64,000 nt of DNA from Candidatus Marsarchaeota archaeon (GTDB lineage: Archaea > Thermoproteota > Thermoprotei_A > Marsarchaeales > Marsarchaeaceae). The notes beneath the pieces were generated by a model. That model searched no databases, was not told the origin of the DNA, and saw only the letters and a list, made by a program, of their open reading frames with translations. The stretch lies in the NCBI GenBank assembly GCA_023487445.1, contig JAMDBQ010000006.1:4157-68156 (forward strand), read 5' to 3'. How positions within the stretch are numbered: the stretch's first letter is position 1; every line of letters begins with the position of its first letter. The position numbers were made by a program, and so were the translations under genes. This document shows positions 10,216-20,874 of the stretch, piece by piece.

Positions 10216-10493
10216 TTTGTCTCCAAGCGGAAAAATCACTTATAAGGATTTTGAGAGACATATTTATGCGATGATTCCCGGTGGCGGCAGGGGCTGCGAA
10301 GTCGCGGAGTATATGAAAAAGGTCAAGGAGATCGTGAAGGCGTCGGAGTTCTCGGAGAGGGAGGTGTGAGCCGGGTATGGATGGCTTCTCCACGCTGCTT
10401 GCTTTTCCGGGCATGCGGTGGGCCGGGTTAGCAGACCACATTGTGGGACACGGAGGCTGAAGAGAAAGGGGCGGCGGCCCGTGACTAATTTTA

Positions 10494-10976
10494 ATGAGAA
10501 TCGACGTCAGCCCACTTGACGAGCATGATATGGAGATGGCTATTGACTGTGAAAGGATACTGGAAGATGAAATTATGGCTCCGAAACGGGTAAGCTCAAG
10601 GAGGCAGAAGTCTTACGATCTGGTATGGGATCCTCGGAGCATAAGGCTTTACCCGTATCTTGATATGAAAAGGATTACCGCCACCCTGGCACTAATACTT
10701 AATCGGGTGAGGGAGATCAGGGTTCGCCTCTGTGATGAGTCGTGGAGGACAAACACCTTCATGGCTCACTATGAAGCCAACCATACTCGGCCGGACGGAT
10801 CTTGGATTCCCCACATCTGCTGCGGCTATGGAGGGCAGAGGCAAAAGAAAAGAGTTACACCGAACACGGCACCGGATACTGTGAAGCAGCGGAATAATTC
10901 CGAGTTGGGTGATGTGATCAGCAAAATTCCGCTGCTTACCATCAAGCACACAATATCTCTCTATAAAAACAACTAG
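10494..10976 (+). CDS. Hypothetical protein (possibly degenerate remnant)
   Basis: 160-aa ATG ORF filling the gap between tRNA-Glu and tatA; no family recognised. Confidence 0.45.
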   Translation: MRIDVSPLDEHDMEMAIDCERILEDEIMAPKRVSSRRQKSYDLVWDPRSIRLYPYLDMKRITATLALILNRVREIRVRLCDESWRTNTFMAHYEANHTRPDGSWIPHICCGYGGQRQKKRVTPNTAPDTVKQRNNSELGDVISKIPLLTIKHTISLYKNN

Positions 10977-11278
10977 GTAGACGGAGTTTCAGACTGCTTT
11001 TTGAGTTCTTGAAGTTCTTTTTCGAGCTGGGCTATTTTAGCATTTATCGGTGTGCTTGAGTGGTTCGATGACTGGGGCGAGACTGGTTGTGTTTGGGCGA
11101 TTTGCTGAGGAGCGACGTCCATATTTCTGATCTCTCTCTCAACCTCGGTTTTAGCCTTCTGGTACTCGCCGGTGGCCCTGCCTATCGCCCTAGCAAGCTG
11201 AGGAATCCTACTAGCCCCTCCGAACAAAACCAGCGCAACCACGATCAAGATGACCCAGTCGGTTACGCTCCCGATCAT
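10973..11278 (-). CDS. tatA: Twin-arginine translocase TatA/E subunit
   Basis: LVLFGGASRIPQLARAIGRATGEYQK. Confidence 0.93.
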   Translation of the reverse strand: MIGSVTDWVILIVVALVLFGGASRIPQLARAIGRATGEYQKAKTEVEREIRNMDVAPQQIAQTQPVSPQSSNHSSTPINAKIAQLEKELQELKKQSETPST

Positions 11279-11683
11279 ATAGGTGAACTTCGTTTAGCGG
11301 GTTTTAAATCCTACTAAAATGGCGTGACGCTTCATCTCAAACTTAGAACAGCACGTCTACATCAAGTACACGAAAACATTGGTGAACCCATCAACTACGC
11401 TGTTAAGTACCTGATGATAGTACTACGAGTTCAGGCCTCCAACGGAGAACGGTATGTGTGGCAGTAAAGAACCCAATGATTGTGTTTACGAGCGGAGAGC
11501 AGTTGCAGCATTGTATAATTTAGGATACGAATAACACACCGCGAAACACATGAGGAAACTCGTAACGCTCTGACGAGTTGTTTAGGGGCATCGCCGTCTA
11601 AACTCGTGCCAATAGTTCCCACAAAGCCTCAAGACCCGCCTCCGATTGGAGGATGCGTATACGTTTGCTTTCCTCATATTTAA

Positions 11684-12280
11684 CTAGGCTAGGTCGCCGC
11701 TTTCTCGCGGAACTGGTTTACTGTGACGCAGCGGGTCGTGGGCCATCTTTCTATCATAATCTTCTATTATTGAAAGTAGTCTGGAGCGTATACGCATCTC
11801 CTCAATGATTTTGGCTACCACCGCCGGGACGAGTTGTCTCCAAGAGTCGTCTCCTTTAATCAGGAGTTCCCTTATTTTGGTGCCAGAGATCTCTGGTCGT
11901 TTATATAGGCTGGGATGCCTAACCTCCACGTGTACCTCCCTAAACAGGGTGGCTACGAGACTGTTTCCAGTATACACCGTGTTAAACGGCGGCGCATAGG
12001 AGCGAAGATGGAAAGGCCAGACAGAGTTGAACTGAATGTCAGGTACCGTTATAATGTATGAACGTGAAAGGTCTATTCCCGATTCATGCAGTGCCTTATT
12101 GATCATGTACACTCTCTCTCCAGCTGTCAAGGGGTTCTCTAAGGTGTGGCTGGCTTGAGCGCTTCCAACCACTATCACTATCTCATTGTGCTTGGAGAGT
12201 ATTTCATTTACGGCGTGAATATGTCCTTTGTGAATAGGCTGGAACCTGCCAACCAAAAGAGCTCTGTCTTCAGTCTTCAT
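11684..12280 (-). CDS. nadM: Nicotinamide-nucleotide adenylyltransferase
   Basis: GRFQPIHKGH; GSAQASHTLENPLTAGER; SGTKIR. Start placed at ATG 12280. Confidence 0.95.
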   Translation of the reverse strand: MKTEDRALLVGRFQPIHKGHIHAVNEILSKHNEIVIVVGSAQASHTLENPLTAGERVYMINKALHESGIDLSRSYIITVPDIQFNSVWPFHLRSYAPPFNTVYTGNSLVATLFREVHVEVRHPSLYKRPEISGTKIRELLIKGDDSWRQLVPAVVAKIIEEMRIRSRLLSIIEDYDRKMAHDPLRHSKPVPRESGDLA

Positions 12281-13082
12281 AGACCGAGAGCTCACTTCCA
12301 GGTTCGGCGCCAATGAGAGCAGCCGCAGGCTTACCATTCAACGCTATCTCATAGAATCCTTCGCTGCCATTAATAAGCAGAAGGGAGTCTGCTTGCAAAG
12401 AAGCATACGTTTGAGACTTCGCAAGTTTGAAAGCTCCTCTACTACTTTGAACCACATAGGAGTCTTGGTTCAGTGTGTGATTGGGGATGTTAGTGATCAC
12501 GTTACCGAAGACATCCACGTTCAAAACAGAGCAGGTCACCGCCCCCTTTCTGAGGTTGGGTCTGGTAAGCTTCAGCCGTTTGAGGTCGTCGGGGTCAACA
12601 CCCCGACCTAGCGACGAAGGCTCTACGCCCATGGCTACCTTCACTGCTAGCGGCGCGAACACGTCTCTACCATGGAAAGTCGAAGACACATCTTTTCCTA
12701 CAACCGATCTTAGGTCCGCTAGGTAACCAGTTCCACTGAACCACTCATATGCGTGGGTAAGGACGCCGTTGTCGGGAGCGATGAACACTCCGTTACGCTC
12801 TGTCTCAAACACGACGATGTCCCTCTTTGTTCCGACGGTGGGGTCCACTACAATCAGGTGCAGGGTGTCCTGTGGGGCGTATTTTGCAGCCACAGCTGAA
12901 ACATAAGCCCCTCTGTACAGGTTGTGTCTACCAAGGCTGTGGGACACGTCGATGACGTCTACTTCTCCGTTACTTAGGCGCTTAATTACGAATTTTACCA
13001 CCGATACATAATGATCTTCCAAGCCGAAGTCAGATGTGAACGCGATCGTGGAGTAGCGCATTGTCGCCAACCGCTGAATCAA
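12270..13082 (-). CDS. SAM hydroxide adenosyltransferase (DUF62 family)
   Basis: TSDFG; VVDPTVGT; APDNG; STFHGRDVFAP; DVFGN. Confidence 0.93.
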   Translation of the reverse strand: MIQRLATMRYSTIAFTSDFGLEDHYVSVVKFVIKRLSNGEVDVIDVSHSLGRHNLYRGAYVSAVAAKYAPQDTLHLIVVDPTVGTKRDIVVFETERNGVFIAPDNGVLTHAYEWFSGTGYLADLRSVVGKDVSSTFHGRDVFAPLAVKVAMGVEPSSLGRGVDPDDLKRLKLTRPNLRKGAVTCSVLNVDVFGNVITNIPNHTLNQDSYVVQSSRGAFKLAKSQTYASLQADSLLLINGSEGFYEIALNGKPAAALIGAEPGSELSVYED

Positions 13083-13125
13083 CGCGTAGCTTTAAGCTCC
13101 TCTTGCAACTAGGGAAAACACCGCA

Positions 13126-14064
13126 TTGGACGAACGCACTACAAGGATCCTCGTAGAGAAATATGGATATAACGAATTTTTCGCCTTCCAGCTTTCAAGC
13201 AGCTTGGGCGCGGAGGCGCTTGAATTAGCAGAGGCGGAGGGTTCTACCCCCGTGAAGGCAATAAGGGTGAACACGCTGAAAACAGGAGATGCCGAGCTGG
13301 TGCAGAGCTTGGAAGACAAGGGTTTCACGCTTAAAAAATGTGGGTGGACCAAGCACGGATACTGGGTAGTGGGAGAGCCTAGGAAGCCGACGATCGGCTC
13401 GACCTTGGAATACATGTGCGGACACTACTTCATCCAGAGTCCAGCCTCAATTTTTACAGTAGAGACACTTAACCCTGAGGGGGACGAGAAGGTGCTGGAC
13501 ATGGCCGCAGGTGTTGGCGGAAAAACAACTTACATATGCCAGCTCATGTCCAACACAGGAGTGGTTCTTGCCACCGAGCCCAGTCGCCAAAGGGTGGGCT
13601 CTCTGCGGTCCAACCTTTCAAGGATGGGCTGCGAGAACAGTGTTGTGTTACAGACGGATGGTAGAAACGTCGCCGAAATGGGGTGCAGCTTTGACAGGAT
13701 TCTGCTCGACGCCCCCTGCACGGCCACGGGTCTAGTCGCCCTCTACCCACAGGTGAAGGCAAGGGTTACGCCGCGGGACGTCGTGGAACAATCGGCGTTG
13801 CAATACGAGTTACTAAAGGTGGCTACAGCTGTGCTCAATAGGGGAGGTACACTGGTCTATTCTACATGCAGCCTCCTCCAAGAGGAAGGCGAGCAGGTTG
13901 TCAAGCGTGCGCTCACAGATGAAATGGAGATCATCCCAGTCGATCCACCATTCAAAAAAGGTGAGTCATCAGGGAGCTCGATCCTGCCAGGCTCCGTAAG
14001 GCTCTACCGACACACGCACCGAACGGAGGGATTCTTTATATGCAAGATAAGGAAGAGAGTCTGA
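13126..14064 (+). CDS. RsmB/NOP2 family RNA m5C methyltransferase
   Basis: LDMAAGVGGKT; ILLDAPCT; VYSTCS; EGFFIC. Confidence 0.93.
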   Translation: MDERTTRILVEKYGYNEFFAFQLSSSLGAEALELAEAEGSTPVKAIRVNTLKTGDAELVQSLEDKGFTLKKCGWTKHGYWVVGEPRKPTIGSTLEYMCGHYFIQSPASIFTVETLNPEGDEKVLDMAAGVGGKTTYICQLMSNTGVVLATEPSRQRVGSLRSNLSRMGCENSVVLQTDGRNVAEMGCSFDRILLDAPCTATGLVALYPQVKARVTPRDVVEQSALQYELLKVATAVLNRGGTLVYSTCSLLQEEGEQVVKRALTDEMEIIPVDPPFKKGESSGSSILPGSVRLYRHTHRTEGFFICKIRKRV

Positions 14065-14558
14065 AACCTCCTTTTCTACGCCCTCCTACGCAGGATGAAT
14101 GGTTAGAAATCAATGATGAGCTCAGGTCTTTGGACGCGAGCCTTCCGAGCCACTATCATGCACTAATACACGCCTTAAAATACAGAGAGCTAATGATATT
14201 CGCAAGTGAGGAGACATACGAGCTGTCAAGAAAACTGGGGGCAGCCAGGAACGTTTATTCTGCAGGTATTTTCGGAGGGGCATTTAGAGATGACTCATTC
14301 AAAATCAGCCTTGACCTCGCGGAGCACCTCTACCTTAAAAGAGTCATGCATAAGACGGTTGTCATCAGCGGCTCTGACGCCCAGTCCTTTCTATATGGGA
14401 GGTCGGTAAGGGTCAGCCACAAACACGGTTTACCTACCGGAAAACTCTTGGTTCTGTCGGAACAGGGCTACGCCCTTGGGTTAGGGCGGTTAGCGGAAGG
14501 CTCGGACCTGCTTGAAAACCTGATCGATAAAGGGTGGTACCTGAGGAGAGGTGGCTGA
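14040..14558 (+). CDS. NIP7-like PUA-domain protein
   Basis: FLYGR..ALGLG..NLIDKGWYLRRGG; adjacent to a NOP2-like MTase. Confidence 0.8.
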   Translation: MQDKEESLKPPFLRPPTQDEWLEINDELRSLDASLPSHYHALIHALKYRELMIFASEETYELSRKLGAARNVYSAGIFGGAFRDDSFKISLDLAEHLYLKRVMHKTVVISGSDAQSFLYGRSVRVSHKHGLPTGKLLVLSEQGYALGLGRLAEGSDLLENLIDKGWYLRRGG

Positions 14559-14640
14559 CAGAGCTTGCATCTAGTCTACGGAAATAAGCTTGGAGTACAA
14601 CGCTTATATTTGAACAGGCGAGCCGTGATCTGAAGTAGTA

Positions 14641-15426
14641 ATGGGTTTTAAGAAAGGAGACTTTGTCCTGATCGACTTCACAGCCAAAGTGAAGGAGACC
14701 GATGAGGTATTTGATACAACCGATGAAAAAGTGGCGAAGACTTCGGGAATATACAAGGAAAATTATCCTTACGAACCGGTTTTGATAGTGCTGGGTGAGG
14801 GATGGGTTGTTCCAGGGTTGGAGAAAGCGCTTCTCTCATCGGAGGTTTCGGAAAAGAAGAGCGTTGAAATAATTCCGAAGGAGGCGTTCGGCGAACGCGA
14901 CCCAGCTAAGGTTAAGGTGATAAGTGAACGAGAACTTCTAAAAAGAGATATACGTCCTGAACCCGGCCGAAAACTTGAGGTGAATGGCCAGACGGCTGTT
15001 ATCAGGAGCGTAAATGCGGGAAGAGTACAGCTAGACTTTAACCACCCCCTCAGCGGCAGAACCATCATATATGAATTCAGCGTGGTTAGGATTGTTGAGG
15101 GTGATCTTGAAAAAGCCGTGGAACTCGTTCACAGGATCGCGCCCAGCGTCAAGAGGGAGAGCTTTAACGTGGCATTATCAGGTTCTGAGGCGCACATAAC
15201 TATTCCCGAGGAACTATTATACTGGGACTCGCTTCAAAGCTTCAAGATAACCCTTGTTCGAGACCTTATCAAATACTTGGACACCATAGAAGCTGTAGTG
15301 TTTTCCGAAAGATTCACCTACAAACTGCGTAAAGGAGAGCAAGCCGCAAAGCAGACCACAGAGCAGGCGGCTGCTGAAGCTGAAAGCGCTGCCGCTAAGG
15401 CCGAACCTTCAGCATCAAAAGCTTAA
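14641..15426 (+). CDS. slyD: Long-type FKBP peptidyl-prolyl isomerase
   Basis: FDTT; GLEKAL; PKEAFGERD; DFNHPLSG. Confidence 0.93.
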   Translation: MGFKKGDFVLIDFTAKVKETDEVFDTTDEKVAKTSGIYKENYPYEPVLIVLGEGWVVPGLEKALLSSEVSEKKSVEIIPKEAFGERDPAKVKVISERELLKRDIRPEPGRKLEVNGQTAVIRSVNAGRVQLDFNHPLSGRTIIYEFSVVRIVEGDLEKAVELVHRIAPSVKRESFNVALSGSEAHITIPEELLYWDSLQSFKITLVRDLIKYLDTIEAVVFSERFTYKLRKGEQAAKQTTEQAAAEAESAAAKAEPSASKA

Positions 15427-15889
15427 ACCCACGAGGGCAATCCACCTGTTTTCCTCTCTCAAGAAGCTTGACTTTTGAGCCACGTTTTACCCCGTTGAAA
15501 ACGCAGTATCTGTAGTTTTTACAGAACACCCAGTCGCATGCGATAGTGTCGTAATTCACGATGGCGCCCAACATTACCTTCTGCTTCTCCATGGTGACTG
15601 TGAGCTCGGTTTTCTCTACCTGCACTACCCTTGCCTGTGACCCAGCCAGTGCGCACCAGTGGTCTCCACCCTTAACTTCTTTGACAGAGTAAGTATCTCC
15701 CTCAACTAGGTTATCCAAGCACGGCGCTTTAACTGGGCAGACCCGACACTCGGGGCCGGGGTCCCTGACGAAGGTAAAAGCGTAGCCCAGCCTGGCTATC
15801 GCCTCGGGAACAAGCGTGATCTGCGCCTTCTTCTGCTGCGTGGACCTGCCGGACGATTTTCCCTCAGGGTTAGAACGGTTATCGCTCAT
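15395..15889 (-). CDS. UPF0179 family protein
   Basis: ITLV..ARLG..F; CRVCPVKAPC; HWC; C..C..C; CP pattern. Confidence 0.85.
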   Translation of the reverse strand: MSDNRSNPEGKSSGRSTQQKKAQITLVPEAIARLGYAFTFVRDPGPECRVCPVKAPCLDNLVEGDTYSVKEVKGGDHWCALAGSQARVVQVEKTELTVTMEKQKVMLGAIVNYDTIACDWVFCKNYRYCVFNGVKRGSKVKLLERGKQVDCPRGFKLLMLKVRP

Positions 15890-15957
15890 AGAGTTACACG
15901 TGATAGTACCTGCTTAATAAGCGTGGTAACTGACTACAGCCGAACAGGCGTCAGCTT

Positions 15958-17079
15958 CTAGTATGCTTTTACCTCATCAAGAATCTGCCTTGCCTTAACT
16001 AGCGTCAGCCCCTTGGAGAGAACGGTGCGCCGTTCGGGCCTGATCTTATGTGCGAACACAAGTGACCTCTCAACGAAAACGGGGGGAACACCCAAACTCT
16101 TGGCTGACACAGGTAGACCCGCCGCCTCAACTTTTTCGAACACCCCACGCCAGTCGGCTCCATGCAACGCAAGAGAAATCTTGGTCCCTAGCAGAACACC
16201 ATAGCCGTGCAGGACCTTGCCGGGCATCAGCATGTTTAGCGCATGCCCGAACATGTGCTCGCTGCCACTGCAGGGCCTGCTACTTCCGGCTATCGCCATC
16301 GCTATGCCGTTACTGATAAGCGCCTCAAGAAGCGCCCTGATCCCGCTTTTGCTGAGCTGGACAATCGATTCAAGGTTGCTGAAAACCAGTTTGGCAGACA
16401 TCTCAGCTAGTGAAATTGAGTACTCTCCTACATACTCGCCTTCTTGCTGGGCGAGTTTGCTGTCGAGAACCGATGAAAACTTGGCGAGAACGTCGCCTAC
16501 TCCACTGAGTGTTAACTCCAGCGGGCTGTCTGCTATGAGCTTTGAATCAGCTATTATAATGTAGGGCATTTCAACCCTCATTGAGTGGGCACCGTTTAGC
16601 CCTATGAGGGAGGCCTGAGGCGAGGCTATGCCGTCGTGGGATGCGCTCGTCGGTATGCTTATGAAGGGCACTCTGCGGTGGTGAGCCACCACCTTTCCAA
16701 CGTCAAGAACCTTACCACCTCCGAGGCCAACCACCGCCCCAAAGGCATATCCCGCGGAGAGGACTCTGTTTGCCTCAGCAACACTTGAACTTGTAACTAC
16801 CTCGGTTCTTGCAATGTACCCAACCTCCTTTAAATTGTTGAGCACCCCCTGTGCATGGTGTGTGAGCGAGTTTTGTCCCGTGAGCACTACTATGTTCTTG
16901 GCTTCAAGGTGTCTGGATATCGTGCTGCCCGCCGACTGGGCAACGTCTTCTCCCACGACGACTTCTACTGGTAGCCTTATGGTGTGGGAGGCTGGTTCGC
17001 TGCTCACGCTTTGTCCACAAGCATCAGTAACTAGTGGCTCAAAAGCCTTAAGTAAATCTCTTGGAAAGAATGGATGCAC
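15958..17079 (-). CDS. egsA: sn-glycerol-1-phosphate dehydrogenase (true start probably downstream of 17079)
   Basis: GLGGGKVLDVGK; PTSASHDGIASP; SRPCSGSEH; LHG. Confidence 0.95.
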   Translation of the reverse strand: MHPFFPRDLLKAFEPLVTDACGQSVSSEPASHTIRLPVEVVVGEDVAQSAGSTISRHLEAKNIVVLTGQNSLTHHAQGVLNNLKEVGYIARTEVVTSSSVAEANRVLSAGYAFGAVVGLGGGKVLDVGKVVAHHRRVPFISIPTSASHDGIASPQASLIGLNGAHSMRVEMPYIIIADSKLIADSPLELTLSGVGDVLAKFSSVLDSKLAQQEGEYVGEYSISLAEMSAKLVFSNLESIVQLSKSGIRALLEALISNGIAMAIAGSSRPCSGSEHMFGHALNMLMPGKVLHGYGVLLGTKISLALHGADWRGVFEKVEAAGLPVSAKSLGVPPVFVERSLVFAHKIRPERRTVLSKGLTLVKARQILDEVKAY

Positions 17080-17110
17080 TTACGCCTTTTCATCTATCAA
17101 TTAGATGTAG

Positions 17111-17767
17111 GTGCTGTTTAGAGGGGCGGTATGTTTGTTGCATCCTAAAAGGGGTACTACCACAGTGGGTGTCAAGTGTACAGAAGGCGTTGTGCTCGCA
17201 GCCGATAAGAGAGCTACCGGCGGCTCGAGCATAGCCAACAAAAACGTGTTGAAGATTGCCGGGATAACAGATTACTGCGCGGCCACGATAGCCGGCACCG
17301 TGGCTGAAGCGTTTGAACTGGTTGAAACGCTTAAGGCTGAAGCGGCTCTGTATGCGGTGAGAACCGAGCGGCATCTAAGCGTAAAAGGGATAGCCAACCT
17401 AGCTTCGGAGCTGATTAATTCACGCAAATTTTACTCGTTACCCGTGGAGCTGTTGATCGGGGGATTCGAAGGAGGAGCCTCTCTCTTCATGGTGGATTTC
17501 TTCGGAGGTTTGAGCGAGGAGTCGTATGTGGCGTCGGGGTCGGGTTCCTCGAACGCAATAGGCGTATTACGAAGTTACCTTAATGGAAAAGCAGATTTTG
17601 GACTGGATTATGCAGTTGAGGCCGCAGTTAAAGCGGTGGATTCAGCGATTAACTGGGATCCAGCTACCGGTGAAGGCGTCAGTGTTGCAGTGGTAAATGG
17701 AGGAGGACTGAGGTTTCTGACACCGGAGCAGGTGGATTCGTATTCTGCAAGAGGCAGGACGAGTTGA
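17111..17767 (+). CDS. psmB: Proteasome beta subunit (catalytic type)
   Basis: G|TTTVG propeptide cleavage site; AADKRAT; SGSG; D..TG. Confidence 0.95.
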   Translation: MLFRGAVCLLHPKRGTTTVGVKCTEGVVLAADKRATGGSSIANKNVLKIAGITDYCAATIAGTVAEAFELVETLKAEAALYAVRTERHLSVKGIANLASELINSRKFYSLPVELLIGGFEGGASLFMVDFFGGLSEESYVASGSGSSNAIGVLRSYLNGKADFGLDYAVEAAVKAVDSAINWDPATGEGVSVAVVNGGGLRFLTPEQVDSYSARGRTS

Positions 17768-19701
17768 GTAGCCCCACCACCATCAAGGACCATTTAAGTC
17801 AGATCAGAACAACCATATTCACAAACTTTCCACCTGAAGGTGAGCTTAACAGAATAGAGTTCGAGGGGCCAGAGATAGCGCTGTACTGTAAGAATCCGTC
17901 GGCCGCGTTTGTGAGTGAAGACGTTGTCAGAAGGATGGCTAAGCTACTCAAAAAGCGTGTAGTCATCAGGTCTGACCCTTCAGTGAGGAAGAGCGAGGAG
18001 GAAACTGTAAAGATACTCGAGCAAATTATACCCAAGACCGCCGAAGTAAAGAACTACACCTTCAACCCTGATACAGGAGACGTGACTGTAGAGGCTCTTA
18101 GGCCTGGCGTGGTCATAGGGTCAGGAGGATCGATGTTGCGCTCGGCCATAATTCAGACTGGGTGGAGGCCCGTCGTGGTTAGAATACCCGAGATAAGGTC
18201 GGGTATCGTGTCCTCCATGCTACACGTATTGAACACTTCAAGAGAATACAGGCAGAGGTTTCTCAAAGAAGTGGGTGAAAGAATACACCGTCCCCCTGTA
18301 ATCACAAAAGGACCGATAAGGGTGATTCCCCTCGGCGCATTCGGCGAAGTGGGCAGGTCATCCATACTCATAGATACCGAGGAAAGTAAGGTTCTTCTGG
18401 ACTGCGGTCTTAAAGCCGAAGCCAATAACCTCGAGGAAGAGTTTCCTTCCTTCCACGCACTTGATTTCCCCGTAGAAGAGATAGATGCGGTGGTCATAGC
18501 TCATGCGCACATGGATCACCAGGGCTCGCTGCCATACCTCTTCAAATATGGGTTCAGGGGCCCTGTGTATATGACTCCTCCCACACGTGACCTGATGGTT
18601 CTTTCGCAGAAGGATTACGTCGACCTCAAACAGAGAATAGGTGAAACTCCACCCTACGGGGTTGAACACATAAAGAAGGCTGTTCTACATACAATAACCG
18701 TCGACTGGGGCGAGGTCACGGACATAACACCCGACATAAAGCTCACCCTAACTAACGCGGGCCACATACTGGGATCATCCGTGGTCCATCTCAATATAGG
18801 AGACGGGAAGTATAACGTAGTCTACACGAGCGACCTCAAATATGCGCCGACCAGTCTGCTCGACAAAGCAAACCCTGTCTTCCCGCGGGTCGATTGCCTA
18901 ATAATAGAATCAACTTATGGGGGAAGAGATAACATCATGCCCAACCGAAAGGACGCGGAGGAGAAATTCGCCGGGATAATATCAAAGACTTTGGCGCGGG
19001 GCGGGAAGGTTCTGATACCTACGCTTGCAGTTGGAAGAGCCCAGGAGATAATGATGATCTTGTCGGAGAAAATAACTGCGGGTGCAATCCCTGCTGTTCC
19101 AGTGTACCTTGATGGCATGCTCTTGGAAAGTACCGCAATCCACACAGCCTATCCGGAGTTTCTCGCCGTGAATGTGCGCAGGAAAATCTACCAGGGTGAC
19201 AACCCCTTCCTCCACAAGGCATTCATTCGAATCGACGACGTCTCGAAGAGGGACGAAGCCCTTGGTCAGGGGCCTTGCATAATAATGGCAACGAGTGGTA
19301 TGATGACGGGAGGCCCCGTTATAGAGTACTTCAAATATCTCTGCGAGGACGAGAGGAATACGCTGATATTCGTAAACTACCAAGCTGAGAACACACTGGG
19401 AAGAACAATCCTCAGGGGTGCCAAAGAGGCGACTTTTCCGAGCGGTGGTTCCAACGGACAGCGAACGTATAACATCAGAATGGAGGTGACCAGTATAGAA
19501 GGGTTCTCGGGTCACTCGGATAAATCGGAGCTACTGAGGTACGCCTCAGCGGTAAGGCCGTCGAAGTGGCTACTGATTAACCACGGCGAACCTAGTAGGT
19601 CAGCGGAGCTTGCGCGGGAAATGAAAAGGGTGTTTATGTATGGTAGAACGCGTCCACAGATTGAAGCCCCCGCGAATCTAGACACGATCAGGCTTCGTTG
19701 A
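17764..19701 (+). CDS. fttA: aCPSF1/FttA KH + beta-CASP ribonuclease
   Basis: KH domains; HAHMDH; NAGHILGS; ESTYG; FSGHSD; HGE. Confidence 0.96.
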   Translation: MSSPTTIKDHLSQIRTTIFTNFPPEGELNRIEFEGPEIALYCKNPSAAFVSEDVVRRMAKLLKKRVVIRSDPSVRKSEEETVKILEQIIPKTAEVKNYTFNPDTGDVTVEALRPGVVIGSGGSMLRSAIIQTGWRPVVVRIPEIRSGIVSSMLHVLNTSREYRQRFLKEVGERIHRPPVITKGPIRVIPLGAFGEVGRSSILIDTEESKVLLDCGLKAEANNLEEEFPSFHALDFPVEEIDAVVIAHAHMDHQGSLPYLFKYGFRGPVYMTPPTRDLMVLSQKDYVDLKQRIGETPPYGVEHIKKAVLHTITVDWGEVTDITPDIKLTLTNAGHILGSSVVHLNIGDGKYNVVYTSDLKYAPTSLLDKANPVFPRVDCLIIESTYGGRDNIMPNRKDAEEKFAGIISKTLARGGKVLIPTLAVGRAQEIMMILSEKITAGAIPAVPVYLDGMLLESTAIHTAYPEFLAVNVRRKIYQGDNPFLHKAFIRIDDVSKRDEALGQGPCIIMATSGMMTGGPVIEYFKYLCEDERNTLIFVNYQAENTLGRTILRGAKEATFPSGGSNGQRTYNIRMEVTSIEGFSGHSDKSELLRYASAVRPSKWLLINHGEPSRSAELAREMKRVFMYGRTRPQIEAPANLDTIRLR

Positions 19702-19742
19702 AACCTTCCGGCGAGTGCCATGGCTACTAGTTCTTCGGTTAC

Positions 19743-19910
19743 TCAAGGCTTTTTCTTAATCCAAGCATAAGACCTTATCTTACGCGACCCTCCGAAGCCG
19801 CAGGCGGAGCACCTGCGATTTCTTACATGGTAGGAGTGTCTGCCGCATCGTCTACAGCGGATGTGTGTCTTAGATCTTCCCCTCTTCCCCTGCGAAGCAG
19901 TTCCCTTCAA
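19743..19910 (-). CDS. rpl37e: 50S ribosomal protein L37e
   Basis: Manual translation [31 protein letters not shown]; lsm-L37e synteny. Confidence 0.95.
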   Translation of the reverse strand: MKGTASQGKRGRSKTHIRCRRCGRHSYHVRNRRCSACGFGGSRKIRSYAWIKKKP

Positions 19911-19921
19911 TTAAGACACAC

Positions 19922-20152
19922 CTACTTTGGGCTGGGAGATATCAGAATAACGTTATCTCCACGCACGATTATGGTTCCCAGACTGCGCGTCTTGTTATCT
20001 TCCTGCATTTCCTGAGCCTCTTCAATGAGGAGGTTAAGGTGTTGGTCGAAGCTCTTCATTCTTCCACGAACGTACCTTCCTCCTCTGAGCTTAACCAGCA
20101 CTACGGAGTTCAAAGCTTCGCCTAGAAGGGTTTGAGTATTAGCCTCTGCCAT
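19922..20152 (-). CDS. Lsm/SmAP1 protein
   Basis: VLVKL..G...SFDQHLNL; IIVRGDNVILISP. Confidence 0.95.
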   Translation of the reverse strand: MAEANTQTLLGEALNSVVLVKLRGGRYVRGRMKSFDQHLNLLIEEAQEMQEDNKTRSLGTIIVRGDNVILISPSPK

Positions 20153-20265
20153 GACTGTACCCACATACTTACACGGGACACTATTAAGCTTAGTCGGCAC
20201 GGCGCCTTAAACCCCAAGTCCGAGACATCGACCGATTTATTTGTACGCAGCTAGAACCACAAGAG

Positions 20266-20745
20266 ATGAACTATATAATACACCCCTTGAGCAAAAAGGA
20301 GTCCAAGTCTCTAATCACGCTAATTGAAGGTTCAGGTCTTGCGGAGCCCGGAAGCACCCTCTGGGCCACGCGCCTCGATAAGCACACAACTCTGTACCTT
20401 GTTGATAAGACCCGACCGATCTGGGTGGAAGCGAGCTCCCACCGCTTCCCATACATATCAGTGGCCGACAGGTTCGCACGCATGGCTTCGGAGGTGTGGG
20501 TGGATCAAGGGGCGGCTGCCAAGGTATCCGTGGGCGCGGATTTGATGTCTCCAGGCGTAGTAAAAGTCGGCGAGTTCAGAGGCGAATTTGTCTTGGTTAG
20601 GGACCCTGGGAATGCAGTGGTAGCTGTGGGAAGGTGGTGCGACGGATTCAGGGAAATGCTATCGCAGAGACATGGAAAGGTGGTGCTCAACCTGCATCAC
20701 CCCGAAGACAGAATAGTTCAAGCGGTCAAGCAGATGCTTGGTTGA
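20266..20745 (+). CDS. PUA-domain RNA-binding protein (DUF1947/MCT-1-like)
   Basis: LSKKE; VDQGAA..V..GADLMSPGV; GKVV.NLHH.ED. Confidence 0.85.
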   Translation: MNYIIHPLSKKESKSLITLIEGSGLAEPGSTLWATRLDKHTTLYLVDKTRPIWVEASSHRFPYISVADRFARMASEVWVDQGAAAKVSVGADLMSPGVVKVGEFRGEFVLVRDPGNAVVAVGRWCDGFREMLSQRHGKVVLNLHHPEDRIVQAVKQMLG

Positions 20746-20801
20746 CTCCGGTTTTACGAAGGCTTAAATTGGCACGCCCGGTTAGACTTAACTTGGTAAA
20801 C

Positions 20802-20874
20802 GGGGCCATAGCTCAATTGGCAGAGCGCCCCCTTGGCGTGGGGGAGGCTCCGGGTTCAAGTCCCGGTGGCTCCA
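20802..20874 (+). tRNA. tRNA-Ala(GGC)
   Basis: Cloverleaf with G3-U70; CCCCC-TTGGCGT-GGGGG anticodon arm. Confidence 0.96.

Noticed and set aside
11320..11680. Short ORFs and a TGATGA motif in the tatA-nadM gap
   Set aside because: No matching D boxes at sRNA spacing and no recognisable protein; insufficient support.
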